This document shows, piece after piece, positions 52,778 to 62,632 of a DNA stretch of 64,000 bases (position 1 is the first letter of the stretch; each line of letters begins with the position of its first letter). The stretch spans positions 32,655-96,654 of the forward strand of contig MCFE01000317.1 in the NCBI GenBank assembly GCA_002104905.1, given 5' to 3'. The notes under the pieces are model-generated. The model did no database searches and was not told the origin of the DNA. It saw nothing but the letters and a program-made list of their open reading frames with translations. This DNA comes from Basidiobolus meristosporus CBS 931.73. Its lineage: Eukaryota > Fungi > Basidiobolomycota. A program made the translations under genes and the position numbers.

Positions 52778-54632
52778 TTAGGGTTAGGGGGAGGGAAAGT
52801 CACCAAGTTGGTGAAATCTTTATTTAAGAACTAATCTAAGTACAAATAAAGAAGCCAATTAAGAGGTCTAGAACCTCTCTAATAAGTAATCTAATTTATG
52901 TTTTGTTTCATCTCTAATGTTTGTTTCAATAAAGTAAAGCTCATCAGGGGTAAATATAAAATTCAGGGGTTTTGGGGGAAGTACAAATTGTAGATGTTTC
53001 TGATCAATATAATCCAAGACTGGAACCCAGCCTGGGATTAGGTGTAGTAGGAAAGGTGTGTGGACTTGTAAGTAGCTCTGCCACATAGATCTTAGATGGT
53101 CCTGAGCCAGTAGTCTTGGTTTCTCAGCTTTTTGAAGTTTTGAAGCAAGCTCTGTTACTACAGCAGAGCCAACCAGGGTGTGCCAGCAAGAAGATTTCAG
53201 GGAGGAGTTAGATTGAAGCCATTGTTTGATGGAGGGGCTATGTGATTTCTGAAGTTTGACTAGGAAGGAAGCCCGGAGATAGATCATTTGGATTTGGTAT
53301 GGGTAGAACCCAAAGGCTCCATTAGTTGCATGGATATAGGGAGATACTGGAAGATAAGGTACCAAGGATCTGATACACTGATGGAGAAATTTATCCAGGC
53401 GGTGAAGTTCTCTGGAGGTTAGGGGTATAATGTGGAGACCAAATTCAAGTACCAGCAGTACATACTGCTTCAGAAGTATAGGGATCTTTTGAATTGGAGT
53501 GTCTGGAGTGACTACTACCAGAAGCTTTTTGAGAGCCTGTTGGGCAAGATGGATCCTATTATTCAGGTGGAGCTTTGAGTCAATCCCATGTTGACAATAC
53601 GGCAGACCTAGATATATTGCAGTTTGTTGTGGCAGAATGCTAGTGTTCTGTATAGTTGTAGTGCATCCAATTGGGACTGTCTTGGAAATTGAGAGTGAGA
53701 GGTTGTTGGCAGCCAAGTACTTCTCAATGATGGCAGTGTCTGCTATGGGATTAGGAGTAGCAATCTTGATATCATCCGCATAGAGAGTTAGTAGTGGATA
53801 GGGAGAGTCTGGTGAGGGGCCTTTTGGAAATAAAGGAAAGTCATGTAGGAATATCACAAATAGTAAGGGACCTAGTACAGATCCTTGGACTACTCCATTT
53901 GGAACCTCATAAGTCTCTGATGTACAACTTGGATGCAAAATTTTGGCTGAGTTCTCACAAAATAGAGAACATACAGGAAGGGTCATTGGTAGTGTGGTAA
54001 CTGCTAATAGCTTTCTCCAAAGCAGAGCTCTGTCCACAGAGTCAAAGGCTTTAGTAACGTCAAACAGAATGGTTGGCAATGAGAATTGAAGTGAATGATC
54101 ATGGCTTAGCACTACAGCCATATCCAAGGAGAGTTTGGGCAAGAAGCCAAACTGAGAAGGATGGAATGGATATAGTTAAGATTGCAAGGATCTTGCTATT
54201 ATAAGCTCAAAGATTTTCCAGCAGGTTGGTAGGAGTGAAACTGGCCGGTAAGAGCCTGGGAGTGAGTGTTTCCCCTTCCCTTTGTATAAGGGTATTACAT
54301 TTGCCTGTGACCAGGCCTTTGGGGTAGTCAATTGTTGGGCACAGATAGAGTAGAATGGGAGAAGTAAGTGACTCATTTTGGAGTAGCACACCCGGAGTAG
54401 ATTGTAGTTAATCAAGTCATGTCCAGGTGCAGTATTTGCAGGAAGCTTCTTTAAAATTTTCTCCAGAAGCTTTGCTGAAACCAAAATTGGAGATGTTGGA
54501 CTGCTAGATATGCTACCAGTATGGTAGAAAGGAGGAGTGGGATGTACGGTTGAATCAAAGAATATAGGGGCCAGTTTGTCTGGTGATGGTATACTCCTTG
54601 CTTGGGGTCTCATGGCTTAGTATACTCTTGAT
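52778..54632 (-). mobile_element. Family D LINE, 5'-truncated, RT with premature stops
   Basis: SYRPVSLLP, FDVTKAFDSV, GVVQGSVLGPLLF, YADD, YLG motifs. In-frame TAA at 54176-54178 and 54617-54619. Confidence 0.9.
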
Positions 54633-55144
54633 TTAGGGTTAGGGGGAGGAAAGTCACCAAGTGGTGAAATCTTTATTTACTTATGACAAGTATCTAAAGA
54701 AGCCAAGTTAATCTGAAGTTATTCCTAGAAAGCTAGGTCTGAGAGATATCTTCCTTGTAAGCCAGGTCTGAGAGTTAAGAGGCTGAGTGGTACTGTATTT
54801 CCTAATTAGCTAGGTCTGAGAGAGGTTTCCTGGAAAGCCAGGCCTGAGAAGTGAGAATCTGAATATATCTGAGTAAAGTTAACTGGTTTGCGGTAGCTGA
54901 ATTGTGGCCGGAATGGCCAGTAGACTGGGGGAACTGAGAGGAATTTCTGGGTGATCACTGGCCAAATTTACTAGGACAAATCTGGCCAATTAGCATTTCA
55001 AGGATTTCAGCCAATCAGAGCCTTTACTTTGCCCAATGGTTGATCAAGCCATCTCCCAATGAGCACACATCAACTTATTAATCAAATTTTGCTGGATCCA
55101 GGATTTGAACCCACAACCATGGGTATGGAAGGGTTAGGGATAAC
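54633..55144 (-). mobile_element. Non-coding element B, copy 1 (SINE-like)
   Basis: About 510 bp with no ORF and its own version of the 3' module. Near-identical to 62100-62632. Confidence 0.8.
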
Positions 55145-57915
55145 TTAGGGGGGGGGGGGAGACAGTCACCAACAGGTGAAATCTTTATTTCAGTTGAAAC
55201 AAAGAAGCCAGCGACTACTGTTGTAGCTTTGATACAAGAGTGTGTAGCTGAGGGGAATTTGTAGGTAAGTTAATAAGAAGTGATGATAGCTCTTCAGTGC
55301 TCAAGACACTGTTCAGTGGGAAGGGGGGTAGCAAGAGAGGTAAGAATGACTTGTGAACAACATTAATGAGGGGAATGTGATAAGGATTGATATTCATCAT
55401 AAAGGGAGTGTGCTGCTGCAGATATTGCTGCCAAAGGTCTGTCAAGTACTTCAGGTAGGCCAGCTTGGGTTTTTCTGACTGCAGAATAAATTCAGCAAAC
55501 TTCTTGACTTCAGGATCTCCAAGTATAGTTCTCCAGCAGGAGCCAGGTGTTGTGTGGTGTGTTCTCTTCCAGGCCTTAATCAGTGGGTTGTTGCAGTTGT
55601 GAAGTCTGAGGTATAATCTGGTTCTAAGGTAGAGAAGTCTGATCTTATAGGGCATAAACCCAAAAGCACCAAGAATAGCATGTCTGTAGGGGCATTCAGG
55701 CAAATGAGGCACCAAGGAGGTAATGCACCATACTGCAAACTTGTCAAGCTTAGTGCAGTCTCTAGAAGTAAGAGAGAGAAGTGGTAAGCCAAATTCCAGG
55801 ACAGGGAAGACAAACTGCTTGAGTAGAAGGAGGCAGCTGGGAGCTGAAGTTGTAGGAGGAGTAACAGCCAGTAGCTTGTGGAGTGCCTGTCTTGCCAGGA
55901 TAATTCTCTTCTTCAGGTGTGCTCCAGAGTCTAGTCCAGTAGGAAGGAAAGGAAAGCCAAGATATGTAGCAGAAACCTGAGCAGGTAGAGTGGAGTTCTC
56001 CAAGTTGATGGGAGAGCCCAAAGGTACTGTCTTTGCAATGGAAAGCTGGAGATTATTCTTCTGCAGATACTGGTGGATGGTCTGGGAGTCTTGTTGCACA
56101 TTGGAGGAGGATATTCTGATGTCATCAGCAAAGAGAGTAACCAGGCAGTCAGCTGAGAGTCTTGGGAAATCATTCAGGAAGATGGCAAACAGTATAGGAC
56201 CAAGCACAGAGCCTTGAACCACTCCATTAGGAACTGAGAACACAGCTGATTGCTCACTTGGGTGCAGAATTCTTGCTTGTGGATCCAGAAACAGAGACCT
56301 GACAAGGAGGGTGAGAGAGGTACTGGAGAAGCATTGCAACTTGGACCAAAGCAGATTTCTGTCAACTGAATCAAAGGCCTTAGTAATATCAAACAGAACT
56401 GAGGGATACTTGCACTGGAGAGAGTGATCTTGGCTAAGTATGACTGCATATTCCAAGGAGAGGCCAGGAACAAAGCCAAACTGTGCAGGATGAAACTTGA
56501 GGGAGTCAGAGTAGAGCTCCTGAGCAAGCAGAAGCTCAAACACCTTTCTGCAGGTGGGCAGCAGAGATATTGGCCTGTAGGAGCTAGGATCCAGGTGCTT
56601 TCCTTTACCCTTGTACAGTGGCAGAACATTTGCAAAGGACCATTCCTCAGGAGTAGAAAGCTGGGCTGAGCATTGCTGAAACAGTGGAAGCAGAAGTGCA
56701 GACATGGCCTTGGTACTAGTCTTCAGAAGCTCATAGGAGATTGTGTCCACACCTGGAGCAGTAGAGTTGGGAAGCCTCTTGAGCACATTATGGATTCTCC
56801 TTTGATCAAGTGCAAGTGGGATGGGCAGAGTCTTGAAGTCAGGATGAAAGCCAGGAGTTGAGTACTGCTTTGTAGAGAAGAAGATGTTAGCCAGCTGTTC
56901 TGTTGAAGGTAACTTCCTGGAAGAGGGCCTCATTGCCCTGTAGAGTCTTGATACTGTTCTTGTTATAGAGTTGGAAGATTGCAGAGGCAAGGAACTCATA
57001 ATATGATCCCAGAGCTGAGTATGCAGAGTGTGGTGAATTGCCTTGGAGTGGTGTATTGCTGTCAGGAGGAGTTTCTCTGTTTTTGGGTTAGGGAAACTCA
57101 GGTAGCTTTGTTGCAGGGCTGAAACAATGGATTCCCATTTTCTTGAGGTAACAGCAGTAGTCTTGCATGGCAGTGAGAGGGAGGCAGACACCAGAATCAG
57201 ATGCTTCACAAAGAGCCAGGCATAGTTGAGATCATCTGGCAGAGAAAGTAGCAAACTGGCAAGCTTCAAGTAGTTCCCAAAGTCTTTCTTCTGATTCTTG
57301 GTAGCTTTGTGGGTGAGCACAGTAAGTTTTGGCAGCTTCTTCTTCACAACTGGTTGCATAGAAAGGGACCAGGCTGGGTGGTCAGAGGCTCTCAAGGATC
57401 CTAGCTCAGCTCCAGAGAATTGCTTAACTTCATTCACAAAGTAGAGGGCAGCAGCAGAAGGGCAGATCCAGTCAACACATCTTTTCTCAGATTGAGCACC
57501 CAGTGCTAGCAGATGGCTTTCTCTCAGGAAGTTCAGTAGGAATGTAGACCTTGGCTTCATTCTTGCAGTCAGAGTAGTCTTGTTCTCAGGATGGGGAATG
57601 TTGAGATCTCCAAGCAAGATAACAGGTGTTGATATAGATTGCTGGTATTGCTGAACTTCTGGCATATAACTTGCACTTCCTGAAGGGCAAGACTTGGAGG
57701 CAGATAGCAGAGCACCAGACTGATAGTTGGCAACTGGAGAGCAGCACAGTAAGGGAGTAAAGAGGAACACAGAGCTGAGGAGTATTGATGGTAGAAGAGA
57801 TGAAGCAGATAGAGGAGGTATTCTTTGTTCTAGGAGTAGAAAAGCAATATAGATTAGTCAAAAGTATAGAGGGTAGCTGGACATCAATCAAACACAGGAG
57901 GAAATCTGAAGAGTC
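55145..57915 (-). mobile_element. Family A LINE copy 1, truncated near the start of ORF2 (APE-RT)
   Basis: ORF 55215-57770 with GDLN, SDH, YRPISLL, FDITKAFD, GVVQGSVLGP and FADD. Single-base deletions in 57650-57915 relative to copy 2. Confidence 0.92.
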
Positions 57916-57970
57916 TTAGGGAAAGTCACCAAGTGTGAATCTTATTGAGTTAAGAACATCTAGGTACAAA
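57916..57970 (-). repeat. 55 bp stub of the 3' module (D/C-like)
   Basis: ttagggaaagtcaccaagtgtgaatcttatt...aagaac...gtacaaa resembles the module at 52778 with dropped bases. Confidence 0.65.
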
Positions 57971-58036
57971 GGGTTAGGGGGGAGACAGTCACCAACAGGT
58001 GAAATCTTTATTTCAGTTGAAACAAAGAAGCCAGCG

Positions 58037-60806
58037 CTACTGTTGTAGCTTTGATACAAGAGTGTGTAGCTGAGGGGAATTTGTAGGTAAGTTAATAAGA
58101 AGTGATGATAGTTCTTCAGTGCTCAAGACACTGTTCAGTGGGAAGGGGGGTAGCAAGAGAGGTAAGAATGACTTGTGAACAACATTAATGAGGGGAATGT
58201 GATAAGGATTGATATTCATCATAAAGGGAGTGTGCTGCTGCAGATATTGCTGCCAAAGGTCTGTCAAGTACTTCAGGTAGGCCAGCTTGGGTTTTTCTGA
58301 CTGCAGAATAAATTCAGCAAACTTCTTGACTTCAGGATCTCCAAGTATAGTTCTCCAGCAGGAGCCAGGTGTTGTGTGGTGTGTTCTCTTCCAGGCCTTA
58401 ATCAGTGGGTTGTTGCAGTTGTGAAGTCTGAGGTATAATCTGGTTCTAAGGTAGAGAAGTCTGATCTTATAGGGCATAAACCCAAAAGCACCAAGAATAG
58501 CATGTCTGTAGGGGCATTCAGGCAAATGAGGCACCAAGGAGGTAATGCACCATACTGCAAACTTGTCAAGCTTAGTGCAGTCTCTAGAAGTAAGAGAGAG
58601 AAGTGGTAAGCCAAATTCCAGGACAGGGAAGACAAACTGCTTGAGTAGAAGGAAGGCAGCTGGGAGCTGAAGTTGTAGGAGGAGTAACAGCCAGTAGCTT
58701 GTGGAGTGCCTGTCTTGCCAGGATAATTCTCTTCTTCAGGTGTGCTCCAGAGTCTAGTCCAGTAGGAAGGAAAGGAAAGCCAAGATATGTAGCAGAAACC
58801 TGAGCAGGTAGAGTGGAGTTCTCCAAGTTGATGGGAGAGCCCAAAGGTACTGTCTTTGCAATGGAAAGCTGGAGATTATTCTTCTGCAGATACTGGTGGA
58901 TGGTCTGGGAGTCTTGTTGCACATTGGAGGAGGATATTCTGATGTCATCAGCAAAGAGAGTAACCAGGCAGTCAGCTGAGAGTCTTGGGAAATCATTCAG
59001 GAAGATGGCAAACAGTATAGGACCAAGCACAGAGCCTTGAACCACTCCATTAGGAACTGAGAACACAGCTGATTGCTCACTTGGGTGCAGAATTCTTGCT
59101 TGTGGATCCAGAAACAGAGACCTGACAAGGAGGGTGAGAGAGGTACTGGAGAAGCATTGCAACTTGGACCAAAGCAGATTTCTGTCAACTGAATCAAAGG
59201 CCTTAGTAATATCAAACAGAACAGAGGGATACTTGCACTGGAGAGAGTGATCTTGGCTAAGTATGACTGCATATTCCAAGGAGAGGCCAGGAACAAAGCC
59301 AAACTGTGCAGGATGAAACTTGAGGGAGTCAGAGTAGAGCTCCTGAGCAAGCAGAAGCTCAAACACCTTTCTGCAGGTGGGCAGCAGAGATATTGGCCTG
59401 TAGGAGCTAGGATCCAGGTGCTTTCCTTTACCCTTGTACAGTGGCAGAACATTTGCAAAGGACCATTCCTCAGGAGTAGAAAGCTGGGCTGAGCATTGCT
59501 GAAACAGTGGAAGCAGAAGTGCAGACATGGCCTTGGTACTAGTCTTCAGAAGCTCATAGGAGATTGTGTCCACACCTGGAGCAGTAGAGTTGGGAAGCCT
59601 CTTGAGCACATTATGGATTCTCCTTTGATCAAGTGCAAGTGGGATGGGCAGAGTCTTGAAGTCAGGATGAAAGCCAGGAGTTGAGTACTGCTTTGTAGAG
59701 AAGAAGATGTTAGCCAGCTGTTCTGTTGAAGGTAACTTCCTGGAAGAGGGCCTCATTGCCCTGTAGAGTCTTGATACTGTTCTTGTTATAGAGTTGGAAG
59801 ATTGCAGAGGCAAGGAACTCATAATATGATCCCAGAGCTGAGTATGCAGAGTGTGGTGAATTGCCTTGGAGTGGTGTATTGCTGTCAGGAGGAGTTTCTC
59901 TGTTTTTGGGTTAGGGAAACTCAGGTAGCTTTGTTGCAGGGCTGAAACAATGGATTCCCATTTTCTTGAGGTAACAGCAGTAGTCTTGCATGGCAGTGAG
60001 AGGGAGGCAGACACCAGAATCAGATGCTTCACAAAGAGCCAGGCATAGTTGAGATCATCTGGCAGAGAAAGTAGCAAACTGGCAAGCTTCAAGTAGTTCC
60101 CAAAGTCTTTCTTCTGATTCTTGGTAGCTTTGTGGGTGAGCACAGTAAGTTTTGGCAGCTTCTTCTTCACAACTGGTTGCATAGAAAGGGACCAGGCTGG
60201 GTGGTCAGAGGCTCTCAAGGATCCTAGCTCAGCTCCAGAGAATTGCTTAACTTCATTCACAAAGTAGAGGGCAGCAGCAGAAGGGCAGATCCAGTCAACA
60301 CATCTTTTCTCAGATTGAGCACCTAGTGCTAGCAGATGGCTTTCTCTCAGGAAGTTCAGTAGGAATGTAGACCTTGGCTTCATTCTTGCAGTCAGAGTAG
60401 TCTTGTTCTCAGGATGGGGAATGTTGAGATCTCCAAGCAAGATAACAGGTGTTGATATAGATTGCTGGTATTGCTGAACTTTCTGGCATATAACTTGCAC
60501 TTCCTGAAGGGCAAGACTTGGAGGCAGATAGCAGAGCACCAGACTGATAGTTGGCAACTGGAGAGCAGCACAGTAAGGGGAGTAAAGAGGAACACAGAGC
60601 TGAGGAGTATTGATGGTAGAAGAGATGAAGCAGATAGAGGAGGTATTCTTTGTTCTAGGAGTAGAAAAGCAATATAGATTAGTCAAAAGTATAGAGGGTA
60701 GCTGGACATCAATCAAACACAGGAGGGAAAATCTTGAAAGAAGTCTCTCTAGAGTTGGTCTTGATGGCTGTATGCTGTTGCAGTTAAGCAACAGAACTTC
60801 AGGTAG
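58037..60806 (-). CDS. ORF2: APE-type endonuclease + non-LTR reverse transcriptase; one +1 insertion near 58654
   Basis: VLLLNCNS, CYLPP, LGDLN, VDWIC, SDH (APE); APGVD, YRPISLL, QFGF, FDITKAFD, QGSVLGP, FADD, YLG (RT). Copy 1 lacks the insertion and is open here. No RNase H or CCHC tail seen. Confidence 0.9.
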
Positions 60807-62000
60807 TCAGGCAGAGGTTGTAGCTTCTTCAGAGGCAGCATTGACAATGTGACCTGCAGAGTCCCAGAGCTCTTCAAATGGTGCATCACTTAAGTCAGCA
60901 AGGAGGGAAATGGCATGATTCTTGAGGAAGTATGCCACATCATAGGAGGGGGCTTGTCTCTTGATGGCAGCAAAGAAAGACAGAATGGCAACATGGGCTG
61001 GAGGCTTGTTGAACAGTAGAGAGTCAGAGGATTCAGATTCTTCAGGCACTATCTTGAAGTCAGTTTTCAGCCAGTTAAGGTTCTTCTCCACAAAGGCAAC
61101 AAATGGGTCAGCAATGTTTTGGTCTAGGATAACCTCCAGAATCTTCCCTTTTCTCCAGGCCAGGTTGACAATTCTTGAGAGCTGAATATTGCATGCCTTG
61201 AGTGCTTTCCTGATGTTGGAAATGGGAGTCCAGGGAACTTGCTTCAAGTACACCACAGTCCAGGTAGAAGCTGGTGGTAGGTTTGCTGGGGGCTTGTAAG
61301 TCCTTCTGTGTTGCAATGGAGCTGCAGTAGTCAGATTGGAGTCCACATTCTCAGTAGAGGGTTTTCTTGATGTGTCTTGCTGAATGGTACTGGAGCTGGA
61401 TGTGCTGATAATTCTTGCTAGAACCTTGCCTGCATAAGTCTGAGGTATAGCTGAGGTGACTGTAGAGGTGGTGGCAGCTGGTGCAGGTGGAGAGGCAGAA
61501 ACTGAAGCAGGAACTGAGGTCACCTGGGAGAAGGCAGTAGAAGCAGGTTTTCTGGGAGGAACAGAGTTCACTATCCAGTTGTTCTGTAAAACACTGGAGT
61601 AGCTTTTCTGTGGAACAGGATCTTGCTCTTGAACAGGAACAGAAGCAGGAGGCTGGGGCTGAGCAGTAGTGGTAAGGCAGTGGCACTCCAAGGAAGCTTT
61701 TTGCAAGGCATCTCTGGCAGTTTTCAGGGCAGTATTGGCTTCATTCTTGAGCTTCTTGCATTGGGCATCCAGTCTCTTGTTTTCAATAGCCAGGGCAGTA
61801 TTGGCAGCCTCTAAATCAGCAATTCTCTTCTCAATTGCAAGGAATCTCTGAAGAAATGCATCAGTAGAAGTGCTGGCATCTGGGAGAGCAGTGGCAGGAA
61901 TAGAGTCCATTGACAGTGGGCTTCTTGGAGGCAAGGAAAGTGGACTGGCAGATTCAGGCACAAAAGGAGATATCCTGGCAGGAGGAGAAGGAGTATCCAA
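60807..62000 (-). CDS. ORF1 (gag-like): coiled coil, P/S/T/A-rich linker, conserved C-terminal domain
   Basis: IEKRIADLEAANTALAIENKRL coil and WTVVYLKQVPWTPISNIRKALKACNI...ILEVILD domain. The track start at 62000 is TTG and the first ATG is at 61910. Confidence 0.8.
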   Translation of the reverse strand: MDTPSPPARISPFVPESASPLSLPPRSPLSMDSIPATALPDASTSTDAFLQRFLAIEKRIADLEAANTALAIENKRLDAQCKKLKNEANTALKTARDALQKASLECHCLTTTAQPQPPASVPVQEQDPVPQKSYSSVLQNNWIVNSVPPRKPASTAFSQVTSVPASVSASPPAPAATTSTVTSAIPQTYAGKVLARIISTSSSSTIQQDTSRKPSTENVDSNLTTAAPLQHRRTYKPPANLPPASTWTVVYLKQVPWTPISNIRKALKACNIQLSRIVNLAWRKGKILEVILDQNIADPFVAFVEKNLNWLKTDFKIVPEESESSDSLLFNKPPAHVAILSFFAAIKRQAPSYDVAYFLKNHAISLLADLSDAPFEELWDSAGHIVNAASEEATTSA

Positions 62001-62099
62001 GGCAGTAACAGAGGCAATTCTTGTTGGTGAAGCAGCAGCAGGGGAGGCAAGCCTGTTCAGAAACTGGCAGGAGAGAGTGCTTGAGGAGAGGAGTCTTCA

Positions 62100-62632
62100 G
62101 GGTTAGGGGGAGGAAAGTCACCAAGTGGTGAAATCTTTATTTACTTATGACAAGTATCTAAAGAAGCCATGTTAATCTGAAGTTATTCCTAGAAAGCTAG
62201 GTCTGAGAGATATCTTCCTGGTAAGCCAGGTCTGAGAGTTGAGAAGCTGAGTGGTACTATATTTCCTAGTTAGCTAGGTCTGAGAGAGGTTTCCTGGAAA
62301 GCCAGGCCTGAGAAGTGAGAATCTGAATATATCTGAGCTAAGTTATACTGGTTTGCGGTAGCTGAATTGTGGCCGGAATGGCCAGTAGACTGGGGGAACT
62401 GAGATGAATTTCTGGGCGATCACTGGCCAAATTTACTAGGCAAATCTGTCCAATTAGCATTTCAAGGATTTCAGCCAATCAGAGCCTTTACTTTGCCCAA
62501 TGGTTGATCAAGCCATCTCCCAATGAGCACACATCAATTTATTGATCAAATTTTGCTGGATCCAGGATTTGAACCCACAACCATGGGTATGGAAGGGTTA
62601 GGGATAACCACAAGGCTAAGTGTTCTTGGTTC
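62100..62632 (-). mobile_element. Non-coding element B, copy 2 (longest, with tRNA-like head)
   Basis: Same body as 54633-55144 plus 24 extra bp at its 5' end containing an A-box-like TAGCCTTGTGG. Confidence 0.8.

Larger units (their letters stand above)
57971..62099 (-). mobile_element. Family A LINE copy 2, near full length (ORF1 + APE-RT ORF2)
   Basis: About 4.1 kb with ORF1 (60807 to about 62096), ORF2 (58037-60806) and the 3' module at 57971-58034. Confidence 0.93.

Noticed and set aside
55090-55144. Functional tRNA gene
   Set aside because: Acceptor, D and anticodon stems do not pair. Only the A/B-box-like motifs remain, so it is reported as a SINE-like head.
57640-57970. Biological hypermutation causing clustered single-base deletions
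   Set aside because: The pattern of shortened homopolymers is typical of low-coverage long-read consensus error. Raw reads are needed before interpreting it.
55215-60806. Penelope-like (Athena/Coprina) identity for the telomeric elements
   Set aside because: RT motifs (YRPISLL, QGSVLGP, FADD) and the N-terminal APE domain are LINE-type. No GIY-YIG domain or hammerhead core was seen.
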